This document shows positions 35,546-47,295 of a stretch of DNA of 64,000 nt, one piece after another (within the stretch, counting starts at the first letter, position 1; every line of letters starts with the position of its first letter). The stretch is from Vairimorpha necatrix (taxonomy: Eukaryota). The position numbers were made by a program, and so were the translations under genes. The notes under the pieces were generated by a model, which was not told the origin of the DNA, ran no database searches, and saw nothing but the letters and a program-made list of their open reading frames with translations. The DNA is taken from the NCBI GenBank assembly GCA_036630325.1, contig CP142728.1, forward strand, positions 1,240,001 to 1,304,000, read 5' to 3'.

Positions 35546-37270
35546 ATGACCCAAAGTTCAGTGTTAAAGATTTATGAAATTTTTAGATCTAGAAAAATCG
35601 CCTCTACCTTTTTTATTTTGACAAATCGGGAACTACACAAAGTCAACCAAAAAATGTATGTAAAAATTTTACAGGGTTATGTGTACAAAAATGACACTAT
35701 AAGAATCATATCTGAAGATGAAGGGAGTGGCATAGAATTTGAAGTGGTGGAAGAAGAAATAGACGAGGAAGATATGCTTTACGATTATAATGATTATATT
35801 TATACTAAATATAATTTATTACCTTTTTTAACTGATACACTGCCGTATCAGAACAAGATTATTGATATACTTCCTGACTCAGTAACGCCTAAATTAACAG
35901 GAAGAATATTGTATAAAACACGAATTAATAATACGACTGCGTCTCAATATCTTTTTTTTATTTTAAAAATTAATGATGAACTTATAAAAGCCATAGTTTG
36001 GAAAGAGAATCTTAAATATTCATCATTGAATGTCGGAGACTGCGTGGCAATAACAAAATTTCGAGTAGGCAAAGGATATCCGGCACAAGGACACATTGAA
36101 TTTAATGAATTCAGTGAAATGGCATTTTTTAACATTAAAGAAATATCGATTAATGAAATGTACAAATTAGAAGATATTGGTCCAGAGACATCTTTAAAAA
36201 TAGAAAATGAGCCCGAATTCTATAATATATCAGGATTTATTTCATATAGAAGTGTTTTAAATAGAAGGCATCACCATGGGTATAGCGAGTATTATTTACT
36301 AAATGTAGACAACAAACAGGTAATGTTGTTTTACAATTCCGATTTAGATTTTTATGATATTGAGGCGGGAAACAAAATAGAAATAAATAATTTACGGAGA
36401 ATTCAGCGGAAAAAATCTACGATTTTTGTATCGACAATTTTTACTCAATTTAAATATGAAAATATTGCCGAATACGACGAATTCTGCAGTTCATTTCTTT
36501 ACGAGACACCTATTAAAAGAAAGAATGATGAAATAGATGAAGACATAAAGAGAAAAAAGAGAAAAGATAGTGTAGCGAACATGACAAATGAAGACATGAC
36601 GCATTCAATGGACGAAGGTACGGTGATGTTGAATCTTGAAATTATCACGCCTGAACCAAAAAACAATGACAATAAAAATTTGGCACAAGAGATATATAAA
36701 ATAAAAAATGAAACACTAAGTATTCCAAGCAACGAACACAAGATTTGCAGTAAGCAAAGTGGAAATAGTTGCAGAGAAAACGAGGGAAATGTTTCTAATG
36801 AAAAAAATTTTATTGATGGAGCTTATGGATTTTTGCCAGATTCAATCTTTCAAGATGACGAAAAGGCAATAGTAATAGACAACAAAAATATTAGTGCCAC
36901 GCCATTTTTCGTACCAAAGAAAATTAGACTAGAAGATTTAGAAGAGTGTGCCAATAAACTTGTTATAAATGAAAGCGACAAATTTATAGTAGAAGTAAAA
37001 ATTTTAGATGTGGTCGATTTAAGAGAATCAAATGGCTACTGTGTCAACTACATTGACACAAATTGTATAAAAAAGCAGTTCCCTTTAACTGTCCAAGTTG
37101 AAAATGATTTTTCTTTTTATATTTTTGATAATTTCTTCACTGGAGAGAAAAATGATCTCCATGATAAAATTTATGATTGTATAGGAAAGGAATGTAATGT
37201 TATTATCCATCTCTTTAAAGCTACAATTGATCATGTCATATTCAGCATAAGTGATATACAAATAAAATAA
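35546..37270 (+). CDS. Hypothetical protein, probable multi-OB-fold ssDNA-binding protein
   Basis: 574-aa ORF with OB-like segments (LTGRILYKT..FFILKIND..IKAIVW..LNVGDCVAITKFRV; ISGFISY..IEAGNKIEINNL). Basic NLS-like KRKKRK. Confidence 0.5.
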   Translation: MTQSSVLKIYEIFRSRKIASTFFILTNRELHKVNQKMYVKILQGYVYKNDTIRIISEDEGSGIEFEVVEEEIDEEDMLYDYNDYIYTKYNLLPFLTDTLPYQNKIIDILPDSVTPKLTGRILYKTRINNTTASQYLFFILKINDELIKAIVWKENLKYSSLNVGDCVAITKFRVGKGYPAQGHIEFNEFSEMAFFNIKEISINEMYKLEDIGPETSLKIENEPEFYNISGFISYRSVLNRRHHHGYSEYYLLNVDNKQVMLFYNSDLDFYDIEAGNKIEINNLRRIQRKKSTIFVSTIFTQFKYENIAEYDEFCSSFLYETPIKRKNDEIDEDIKRKKRKDSVANMTNEDMTHSMDEGTVMLNLEIITPEPKNNDNKNLAQEIYKIKNETLSIPSNEHKICSKQSGNSCRENEGNVSNEKNFIDGAYGFLPDSIFQDDEKAIVIDNKNISATPFFVPKKIRLEDLEECANKLVINESDKFIVEVKILDVVDLRESNGYCVNYIDTNCIKKQFPLTVQVENDFSFYIFDNFFTGEKNDLHDKIYDCIGKECNVIIHLFKATIDHVIFSISDIQIK

Positions 37271-37381
37271 TTAATTATAAAATGTATTTTAGTTTATTTT
37301 TATTTGTTTTTTCTGTGTTTATGTCACTTTTCATTTTGACAGTTTTCTGCTACTAAATAAAAAAAATATTTTTTCGTTTTT

Positions 37382-37399
37382 TTTTGACAGCTGTCAAAA
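37382..37399. promoter_or_regulatory. Perfect 18-bp palindrome TTTTGACAGCTGTCAAAA (TALE-homeodomain-type dimer site)
   Basis: Seen directly in the sequence. The core TGACAGCTGTCA matches the known Meis/TGIF/PKNOX dimer motif; function here is inferred. Confidence 0.4.
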
Positions 37400-37783
37400 T
37401 ATCAATGAAGTATAAAATTGAGTAAAATTATGAAAAAGCAAATTAATGAACAAAAATTAAAAAAGTATTAACAAATAATAAAAAACACTGATCAAAATTT
37501 GTTTGTTTATACAAATATCAAAAAGAATTAAAAATACAATTTTTATTCTATTGATAATTGTTAAAGATAATTGTAGGTTTAGGGTTAAATTTATTGAATA
37601 ATATAGGCTAAAGCTATCTTTAGCCATAATATATTCTCAACAATAATATAGTCTAAATAATGATTAAATTTTATATTTAAACATTATTTTTAAAATCTAT
37701 TAACACATTATTTATGCAAGAATTGTATATTATTTGATTTCATTTATAAAATAAATATTTTATTTGACGCATTCCGCTCTATG

Positions 37784-38473
37784 TCAATCATTCCTAAGCG
37801 CCTCTTTTTTCTTATTCTTATAAATTAACCATTCATGTAACACACAGAATGATATTTTTTCAAGTTGTCTTCTTTTTACGTCTGAAAAAATTGATAAATT
37901 TGGACGCAGTGGTAACATAAATTTTCCTAGAAAGTTTTCTTTGGCTTTCTCTTGATTTAAATAGTCATCTTTTAGTAGTTCTGGATATTTCCGCAATGAA
38001 TAATCGATCTCATTGAAAAATGGTATATTTATTAATGCTTCTTTGGAAAATATTGGCCTATAATACCCAATTATATGATATGTTTTTCCTTCATGTAATA
38101 TGCTTATTGTTTTCTTATGAAAACCCAATTTATCATCTTCTCTAATTTCTCTATGTAATTGTGCTAATTGTTGTTTTGAAAGATTTTTTTGAATGCTTGT
38201 TTTCTTGAGAGCGGACTTAGACAAGTGTCTTGGTACTTCTTTGTATAATAAAAATTGTCCATTTATTTTAGAAGGTGACCAAATCTTGCCGTCTGTCCAC
38301 CTCTTAATACCATTTTCTGTTTCAATAAAAACGAATATATCTCCGGATCTTAAGTTGTCTCTTTCTTCAGAGCGCAGACGTTGGGTAATAGGCTTTATAT
38401 ACCCCAGTCTTGTTGCATGTACCATTAACATGGCGTCTTCATAGTTTTGGATATAACCGAAAAGTTTATTCAT
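37784..38473 (-). CDS. Gti1/Pac2 (WOPR-domain) transcription factor
   Basis: GYIQNYEDAM, LRSGDIFVF, GIKRWTDGKIWSPS, KKTISI..HIIGYY. Start set to the ATG at 38473, with CCC upstream. Confidence 0.92.
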   Translation of the reverse strand: MNKLFGYIQNYEDAMLMVHATRLGYIKPITQRLRSEERDNLRSGDIFVFIETENGIKRWTDGKIWSPSKINGQFLLYKEVPRHLSKSALKKTSIQKNLSKQQLAQLHREIREDDKLGFHKKTISILHEGKTYHIIGYYRPIFSKEALINIPFFNEIDYSLRKYPELLKDDYLNQEKAKENFLGKFMLPLRPNLSIFSDVKRRQLEKISFCVLHEWLIYKNKKKEALRND

Positions 38474-40093
38474 GTCCAAGGGTTTATATTTGCTCTTTAT
38501 ATGTTTTTTTTAATCAAAACTAAAACATAATGATGTAATAATAAATATTTTGTGTTTGATAAAACCAATAATTAACGTACTTAAAAATGAAATTTATAAT
38601 TTTCTAATATTTAATATGTTAAATTAAATAAATTTATTGTTGTAATCATTTTTGTTTATGTTCTGACAAACAAATGTTTACAGCAGAAACAAAATATTTT
38701 AAACTCTATTTACGTTTTATTGCGAAATTTTACATTTCTTTAGATATTTGAAACAATCTATCAATATATTAAAACTGACTTATGAAACATTGAAAGATAA
38801 TAGACTTTTATAAAGTAGTTAAATGCACTTTATTTTGACTTTTATATTTTATAGAAAAAATTAAAATATTCTACATGTGCTATGATTTAAATATTTTAAG
38901 ATAAAACACATTGCAAATTATTTACTCGTATTTTATACATATACATTCTCAAATCTTATTTGTACGTTTTGTTTATTTTTTTTAAAACGTATATATCTTT
39001 TGTCATATTTCAATTTAGTAAATCATTTTATTAAAAACAGAATAACTTTTTATTGGTATATATATATTTTTTATACAGCCCTTTTGCACTTTTATAGTAT
39101 TTTTACTACTGTAAAAATACTATAAAAAAATAAACAAACATCAGATACAAAAAATGCAGTTGATAACTCTAATAATTTTTCAATAATAATATGATTATAA
39201 AAGAAATTTAGATTATATTTTCTATATGATAAAATTTCTTAAAACTGGATATATTATAGTGCAAAAGATTAGAAATTTTCATTTGTACATATTATAAATT
39301 TACTGCCACTTATGTTAATTCGAAATGGGTTTGTCATTATTTGACTGATTAGTTTTTATCAAGATTGATTTATTTTAAATAAAAAACATTTCTGTTATAA
39401 AATTTTAAACTTATCGCCATTTCCATTATAATATAAAATATTTTTTGTCATTTTGTAACTAATAATTTTAAAATTTTTTTACTGATAATTTTTAAAATTA
39501 GAACTGAATCATCTATAAAATTATTGATTTTTTTATAAGAATAAAACATTAACAAACTTAATAATATTCATTGTATTTGATGCATATTCACTAGCGCTTG
39601 ATTTTGGTCCAATATTCTGAATAAAATAATGTTTTTTTATACTAATAATTTTTCAAGAATTATAAAATAAATTTATATTGCATCAATAAAAAATTGAATA
39701 CATGAAATTATTTATTATTGGAATAACGATTTGATTGCTTCAAATGTTTTGTTTATCCAGTATAAATTATATCATACATTATATAATTTTAAATATCTTC
39801 AAAATATAATTAAAAAAAATGTAAGACTTATAACCCTTGTATCATTGCATATTTAGATGTTCAAAGCATGCAAATGCTTAAATTATCTATGATTTTTCAA
39901 TAAGCATCATTTTTTTTGAAAAATTAGCACAAAAAGCTTTAAAAATGAGGGGTAAAAATATAAACGGCCAAAAGTCTAATATATCATGTTTGTTAAATTC
40001 TAATAATTTCAAGGGGATTAATTAAATTTCCAATTTTTTCTGTTTTTTTTTTTGGAAAATTTTTTCAATATTTTTTTTTTATTTTTACCCCTT

Positions 40094-40441
40094 ATGAATT
40101 GTCTAAAGGACAAAGTTAAACTTATTAAACCTAAAATATTAAAAACTGTATCTTCAACTTTACAAGGATATCTGTTTGGTTGCATGATAGGAATGTTTAC
40201 TGGATCAGATAAACCCACAATTAGAAGTATTCACAATTCTGGACAAAATGTGGCCAAAGTGTGCTTGGTTTATTCCGCTACAGAAATTGCATTAGAAACA
40301 GTAAGAGAAAAAAATGATTTTTATACTAAATTAACGAGTGGAGCGATTACGGGTGGGATATGTTCAAAAGGAAAGTTGGTTAGTAAAAATACGGTATTTG
40401 GTGCTCTTGGGCTTGGAATGTATTCTGGTTTAATTAAATAA
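40094..40441 (+). CDS. Tim17/Tim22/Tim23-family mitosomal import channel subunit
   Basis: GYLFGCMIG (GxxxG), E.ALE.VREKND, SGAITGG. Start set to CCCCTT-ATG at 40094. Confidence 0.8.
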   Translation: MNCLKDKVKLIKPKILKTVSSTLQGYLFGCMIGMFTGSDKPTIRSIHNSGQNVAKVCLVYSATEIALETVREKNDFYTKLTSGAITGGICSKGKLVSKNTVFGALGLGMYSGLIK

Positions 40442-40799
40442 CAATTTATATAAGTAAAAATAAATTATTTAGTTATGAATGTACTATATCTTAATTATGT
40501 TTTCAAATTAACGCGATATTTCTTGTTATAGTTCTTTACTCTCTAGTTATTTTTTTTTCTTTTCGAATATTAACTAAATGTTTTTTACTCTTTATAAATT
40601 TTGAAATTGTTTTTGAATTAACAACATAAATGATATTGTAATTAAGTTAATTATACTAAAATTATACAATATGTAAGCTATTTCTTTGACGAGTGCACTT
40701 GTGCAGTTTTATACTTTAAAATTAATAAATGAACATATATAAAATATAAACAATAACTACAAACACACAAAACTGTGTAAAAACAAAATTTTACCCCAG

Positions 40800-41515
40800 G
40801 AAAAATTGATATAAACCTAAAATATCAAGATAGAAAAACAACATTAAAGTTTAATTCATATGATAAATTTTGAATTTTACGATGTCAAGTTAACAATCTA
40901 TTACAACCAATATAACGAGATTTTAGTATTTAAGATCAGTAGGATTTTTAATATTTTGGAAAAGAGAATATAGTCAAATGCTTATAAATATAGACATTAA
41001 CGAAACCCTCATTTTTTGAGTAGAATTAGAGTTTAATACTTAATAAAAACAAAATCTGTACATGACCGTTTGGAATCCGCATTGAAAATCTGAAAAGACC
41101 CCTGTAAAAAATAACAAAATTCGTTGTAACAGATGTGTTTTTTTTGGGTATAAAAATAAATTAAAGTGTACTAATAAAATTGAATAATTCAGAACTAGCG
41201 TGTGCCTTACTTGTCCTGTGGCTATTCTCCTTGAGCTAATACAAGATAAACCATTGCCCAATTCTATTGTGATCACTGATCAATGGAGAGCATATGATGC
41301 CGCATTAAACAAATCACAGAGATGAAGCACAAGAATGTGAATTATTTCGTTAATTTTGTAAACTTTAACGATCCCTTCACACAATACCAAACAAATTGGA
41401 AGATTTTGGTTTCTTTCCAAGAAGAATATTTGATCTAGACATGGAATAAATCAAAACGAACACTATGAGTACCTTTTACAGTTCCTTTGGTCTTATCGAA
41501 AATCGACATATAAAT
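40800..41515 (+). pseudogene. Decayed Merlin/IS1595 (ISXO2-like) transposase remnant
   Basis: PNSIVITDQWRAY (ITDQWRAY at 41272-41295), then HKNVNY..NFVN and RHGI...YEYLLQFLW. Many stops; boundaries approximate. Confidence 0.7.
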
Positions 41516-43159
41516 CATCTTGTTTTTTTTTTATAATGTTCAGTACGGGTTCATTTTCCGAATGCGGTTTCCAAACGGTCATGTACACAAAATTGAATGT
41601 AATCTACAAAGAGTTTTTTGTATTAAAAACACTACTAATTTTATACATACTAAAAAAGCACATTCGTCGAGATTTGCTCAATATGTGTTAGGTAACAAGT
41701 CTATTTAAAACCTTTTTTAATAATATATTTTATTTGGGTATAAAATCATACTAATTACTTTAACAGGATGCTCCCACAATCTCTTCGACTGTTTCCGGAG
41801 TTCATTTTGGAATCCATGCAATGGACTCTCAAATACTTCTTCCTGAGCAGTATCAAGTCCATGTGACTGACATAGTTGGGCTTTCCAAAGTCATTTTAAG
41901 ACCTCTTGTATGTATATATGCTTTCTTTCTGGGTTTTAATCGAAGCTCTTTGATATACGCGTGGCGAAAATTAGTTACATTTTAGTCCTAATTTATCATA
42001 TAAGGAATAATTTTCGGCTTGAATTTGAAGAAGTTGTGTTTACGTTTCTTTTTTGTTTATAACAAAAAAATAATAATCTTTCGATTCAAACCTCAACAAC
42101 GATCACTTCTTTCTCTCACCTTGTTTACAAATAGTATATCAGACTTATTATACTTTATTTTGATACTTAAATGTACCCTACTGTCGACTCTTATCTCAAC
42201 ATGCTCTTAGCTATATATTCCTGGACTCAGTGATTTCTTATTCTTTTAGCATGAAATATATCATACGTCTTACACAACTGCAGATGTATACATCGCATAG
42301 CCTCATTTAAATCATTTTAAAAACGATATTTTATAATATATAAAATGAAATAGTCGAAAATATTGTGACTATCTTAAATGTTAATTTAAGATCATTATCA
42401 TGTCTAAAATGCCTTTTAAGCTGACAAATAATGCCAAAGAACAATATGATATGAATAATTTTTATAAAAGAGTACCTTAAGTTATGAATAAGCTTTCTGC
42501 TGAGATAAAATATTAGATGCAAAAAGGCATATAACAGATGATGAAAAGATTTTAATACCAGAAATTTTAATTTTTTAGAATTGTAAACTTGTCTACCAGT
42601 TCATACAAAAAAAGTAAATATAATTTTTTTTAATATTTTTACAAGATATTGTTTGCGTCAAGTAGTATTTATCTAGTAATTCATAAAACTTCTAATTAAA
42701 TAGAATATATTAATACATGATCTTGTTTCTATGATTATAAAACGAAGACAAAGATTTTTTGTAATTATGTAAAGCAAAATATAACCAAAGAAAAAAAATC
42801 TAAATTTTTTTTTCTAGATATAAATTATTACTTTAAAGATACCTAATAAATTTTAATAGATAAAACTACTTCACCATCAAGTAGTCTCCTCTTTAAATGT
42901 ATAGCAATGAGTTATATGTAAATTTTTTTGACTCATTAAAAAATTTTAACAAGCATATTTCCTTAATCAATACATTTAATGTTTACTAAATTCTGTAAAT
43001 ACAAATATAAAATTTTTTATCTATAAAATTACTTTTTTTCCAAATAAAATCATACGTATGCTTGTTAAAAAATTTATCTCACTTGACAGTGTCCCATTTT
43101 TTAAACTTATAAAAATATTCGCAATGACCATCTAAAAACATTTTTAAATATCAATTTAT

Positions 43160-44014
43160 TTAATTATTTTTACTGTACACTTCAAAGTATTTCTCATATT
43201 CTTCTTCATTCATTTTTTCTATATCTTCATCAGTTACATCTTTAAACTTCTTCATCTCCCCATTTACACTTACAAAATCTTCTATATCATTTTTAATTTC
43301 TTCTTTTTTTTCATCCTCTTCATATTTTATTATATCGCTTTCTATACTCATAAAATTCTCTTCTGTCTTAATTTCTACTATATCTTTCTTCTCTTCTGTT
43401 TTTTTCTCAAGTTCTTTTTTAAATTCTGTTAATTGAAAAAAATCCATATTCGGTATCTCGAATTTATCAAGTTCTTTCAGTAAATTGATTATATCTCGTA
43501 TATTATTCATAAACTTAGCATTCAGCGTATTTTCAGTCGTACAATTAGTTCCATTTTCAATTAATTCGCCGTTACATTCGTCACATTGAAAAATGTAATT
43601 AGTCATTATAAGTTGCGCGTCAAGCGCTGAAAACTGTTTATCACATGTTTTACAATAATATCCTTCTTTTGTACTATTTCTCAGATCTTCGTCTAGTTTT
43701 TTAGTAATTTTAAAAATTTTATATTTTATTATATCTCGTACTTCGACGAAGTTTATGTAGTAGACAGTTCTTAGATATTGCCTTTTGTCTTCAAATACTT
43801 CTACTTTGTTCTCGTATTTGATTATTTTGTCTTCTTTAAGTGCTACTAATAGTTTATTGATTTCTTTGTTGTGCATTTTCATTAGTTTTTGTAGGTCAGT
43901 GTCGTAGATGAGAATGTTTTCTAAGATGATGTCTACTAAAATGCAGTGATGTAGTTCATAGAATTTTCTGACTACTGTTTGTATTAAAGATTTCATATGT
44001 GGAAGATATTCCAT
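43160..44014 (-). CDS. TFA1: Transcription factor TFIIE alpha subunit
   Basis: Winged-helix N-terminus, YYINF...IKYKI, zinc ribbon CKTC...FQCDECNGEL and an acidic tail; CCC before the ATG. Confidence 0.92.
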   Translation of the reverse strand: MEYLPHMKSLIQTVVRKFYELHHCILVDIILENILIYDTDLQKLMKMHNKEINKLLVALKEDKIIKYENKVEVFEDKRQYLRTVYYINFVEVRDIIKYKIFKITKKLDEDLRNSTKEGYYCKTCDKQFSALDAQLIMTNYIFQCDECNGELIENGTNCTTENTLNAKFMNNIRDIINLLKELDKFEIPNMDFFQLTEFKKELEKKTEEKKDIVEIKTEENFMSIESDIIKYEEDEKKEEIKNDIEDFVSVNGEMKKFKDVTDEDIEKMNEEEYEKYFEVYSKNN

Positions 44015-44107
44015 GATGGGTTAATAAAAATTTAATTAATAATATGTACATAAAAACTTATAGATCCATGTTATAAACGAATTTACTTTATTTTTTTTTG
44101 TTTTTTT

Positions 44108-44536
44108 TTATTCTCCAAAGAAATAGCTTAATATCTTCCCTATAATTCCTTCTTTTCTCAGAAATATATCTTTATCATCTACCACTGCATTCCCCACTTC
44201 CCTGTATACTCCTATCATCTCTCCGTTTATATATTTAGTATTAAGTCTTAATAATTCTGTCTCTCCTGGTGTGATTACATTGACCCAGTTCTTCCCATAT
44301 TCCATGTGCTGCACATGGCACACTTCTTTGATTTTTCTTACAACATTTTCCAGATTATTTTGAGAGAAGCCGAATACAGTAATGTGTCTTTTACTGGGTT
44401 TAGTGTGTCTGACGAGGGGCTCCTCGTAGAGAGTGTTCTCTGGGATTGAGAGTTCTTTTTCTACTAGTACTGCGTCAGGAGTAGATGATGGTTTAGATTT
44501 TGGGATATTCTTTTTGAAGACACGGGGGTGATACAT
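44108..44536 (-). CDS. Nup53/Nup35-like nucleoporin (RRM/MPPN domain)
   Basis: ITVFGF...GKNWVNV...NGEMIGV. Start set to CCCTA-ATG at 44536. Confidence 0.7.
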   Translation of the reverse strand: MYHPRVFKKNIPKSKPSSTPDAVLVEKELSIPENTLYEEPLVRHTKPSKRHITVFGFSQNNLENVVRKIKEVCHVQHMEYGKNWVNVITPGETELLRLNTKYINGEMIGVYREVGNAVVDDKDIFLRKEGIIGKILSYFFGE

Positions 44537-45491
44537 TAGGGAGAAAAATAAAATGGAAAATAACAAAGAAAGCAAAAGAATCAAAAAACAAACAAGTAGA
44601 TTAATGTAAATCAAGTATAAAAAAATTCATAAGTTTAAATAGAATATTTATAAATCGACATTGATGTTTATATTTGATCAATGTTATTTTTTATTAATTA
44701 GTAGCTTGTCAACCAATAAAAAGATCTGATCAATAAACCGTGGATTTCTTTATTGGTTGACAAAAAAGCCTCCTATAAAAAACTTAGAGCCCATTTTGAA
44801 TTTTAAATACATAATGCACAGATAAATTTATTCAAATTTGTCTATAAAATTCATCTAGACTACTCTTAGATGTTTTTAATATCAAATCCTTATATTTTGA
44901 TTTTATACTTTAGGGGCACCAAAAAATAAAATAAATTATCTCAAAAATGACATAAAATATTTTACACATTTTTGATTGAAATCAAAAATCATCACAAATT
45001 TATAGAAAATTTGAAGTTTCTAAAATTATTTAAAAAATTCAAATATTTATTTTTTTGAATAAATAAAAAATTAAATTGTAATAAATAAAAATATTTCAAA
45101 AAATGTAAACATTTATTTATAATATTGTATTTATTAAATTTGATGAAATCAAAAATAACATGATTTAATTTTTTAAAATGATTATAAAAGGTAAATGTTA
45201 TTATTTTTTAAAATTTATTTTAAACTTCTAATTATAATTTAATGTTATTAGATAATGTAATAAGTGACTTTCATTTTTCATTCCTTTCTCTCTTTTTTAA
45301 ATTCATAATAAACTTTAACTTAAATATTTTTTTGACACATTAATAAACAAACAAACAAACATTTACTTGAAATGGTCAAATTTTTATTAAAAATAATTTA
45401 TTATTATTTTGTATAGATTTTTTAATTTTATCTCATCATTTTTTTTAATTAATTTATTTTTTATATAAAAAAAAATATTTTTTAAAAGGGT

Positions 45492-46013
45492 ATGAGATAT
45501 GAGAAAGTGAGTAAAGTAGAAATAAAAGATAAATGGATAAATAATATGTATAAAGAAGATATATCTGATAAAATAATAAGAATGGTAATAGAAACATATT
45601 CTAATTATAATTGTACTAATTATAAGTGTAATAACATTAATAATAGTTACACTAATAAATATAATTGTACTAAATATAATAGTTATTATTATAATAATTA
45701 CTATTATAATTATAGTAGATTATTGGATTTTAAGAATATCTTACCTCTATATTTAATTACTGGTTTTATTTATTTAAGAAAATATCTTAAAAATGTTAAA
45801 AAGGGTTTTAGAGACTCAATCCTCTTTAAGCTTTTTTTGACATGTATTTGGATGGGAATAAAGAATTATAATGATTTACAAATACAAGATTTCTTAGAAT
45901 CTTATAGATGTGATTATAAAGAGATAACATTTATAGAAGCGAATATATTGAGTAAGATTAATTATGATATTGATATTACAGAGAATGAGATGATGAACTG
46001 GGATATAAATTAA
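45492..46013 (+). CDS. Pcl/Pho80-type cyclin with N/Y-rich insertion
   Basis: ITGFIYL, LFLTCIWMGIKNYND and EANILSKINYDI fit a cyclin box; GGGT-ATG start context. Confidence 0.75.
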   Translation: MRYEKVSKVEIKDKWINNMYKEDISDKIIRMVIETYSNYNCTNYKCNNINNSYTNKYNCTKYNSYYYNNYYYNYSRLLDFKNILPLYLITGFIYLRKYLKNVKKGFRDSILFKLFLTCIWMGIKNYNDLQIQDFLESYRCDYKEITFIEANILSKINYDIDITENEMMNWDIN

Positions 46014-46347
46014 TAATCAGAATAAACAAAATAGAAACAAATAAATAATATAAAAAAAATTAAAAAGTTATATAATAACATATATAATAAGTTATTTTAA
46101 ATACATATATAATAAGTTATATATTTATTTTTATACGATGAATTATATTTATATGTGTTATATAGAAGAGTTCTCCTTTTATTTTTGATTATTTCTTAAT
46201 TAAACTAATGCCGTCATATTTTTAATATAAATCAACTTGACACGTGTCACTATAAAAAACAAGAGAGATGTCAAATAAGTCTAAAAATGATACAAAATTA
46301 CAATACTTATAAATACTTAATATTACTTATAGTTTTTTAGAAAACAT

Positions 46348-47295
46348 TTAATTTTGGGGGAAATTGGCATCTTTCCTTAATAAATCTAAGGCATAATTAA
46401 TATCTCCATTTGCTTTTATAAGTGCTTTAAGATTTTCTTCTTCATCTGTAAATCCCATCTCTTTTAGAGCAGTCAATTGGCCACTGTACTGTGTCTTATA
46501 CTGCCCAGGAGACTGAGGAGGCTGAGGGGAGTAAGGAGGGTATCCCCCGTAATACATGGGCTGATAAGGGGGATTATACCCCATTTGAGGAGGGTAGCCA
46601 ATTTGAGGAGGATATCCCATCTGGGGACTCCCAAATCCAGACATTTGATTTATCCTGTCCAAGATCGAGGGGTCATTTTGGAGCATTTTAAAGGCGTTCA
46701 TTGTGGACTGCTTAAAATTCTCTTTCATTTCTGGAGACATGCCTTGAGTCTGGACATCGATCATCTGATCGAAGAAAGTTGGATTATTCATGACCATATC
46801 AATCATTTCCTTACTCAATTTCATATTCTGACCGGGCATGTTATTTTGACTAAACCCGTTATGTTGTGGTGGGTAACCCATATTAGAATTAGGCATGTAA
46901 TTCTGATTAGGCATATAGTTTTGATTAGGCATATAAGGATTATAAGCCATATTATTCTGTGGGGAATAATTCATCTGCTGAGGATATGGATTATTAATCT
47001 CTTCTTTCTTATAAGGATTAGTCTGTGGTGCCTTAGTATTATTCAGACTAGACTTGGTCTTCTTAAGGGCGAAGACCCTTTCTCCCTCATCTTTCTCACT
47101 TATGTAGTCACTGAGTTTCTTCCCTGACTCAAGTTTCTTCTGCTTAATATATAAAATCTGCTGGTCACTTGGGATCTTCTTATCTTCAGGCATAATATCT
47201 TCTACTGCCTTCTTGAAGTCTTCTATTGATACATTTAGGTCTTGTATTTCTAAATGTAAAGTTGTGCCTCCTGTCACTACTTGAAGTTTCACCAT
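46348..47295 (-). CDS. DSK2: Ubiquilin/Dsk2-like UBL-STI1-UBA shuttle factor
   Basis: N-terminal UBL (IPSDQQILY..KKLE..KKLSDY), STI1-like M/N/P/Q region, C-terminal UBA (QLTALKEMGF...ANGDINYALDLL). Confidence 0.88.
   Translation of the reverse strand: MVKLQVVTGGTTLHLEIQDLNVSIEDFKKAVEDIMPEDKKIPSDQQILYIKQKKLESGKKLSDYISEKDEGERVFALKKTKSSLNNTKAPQTNPYKKEEINNPYPQQMNYSPQNNMAYNPYMPNQNYMPNQNYMPNSNMGYPPQHNGFSQNNMPGQNMKLSKEMIDMVMNNPTFFDQMIDVQTQGMSPEMKENFKQSTMNAFKMLQNDPSILDRINQMSGFGSPQMGYPPQIGYPPQMGYNPPYQPMYYGGYPPYSPQPPQSPGQYKTQYSGQLTALKEMGFTDEEENLKALIKANGDINYALDLLRKDANFPQN

Noticed and set aside
42944..43070. 14-bp inverted repeat TTTTAACAAGCATA / TATGCTTGTTAAAA as a MITE
   Set aside because: AT-rich, no TSD and no second copy in the window.
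46477..47127. 216-aa plus-strand ORF
   Set aside because: Antisense shadow of the repetitive Pro/Gln/Met-rich DSK2 coding sequence; non-ATG start.
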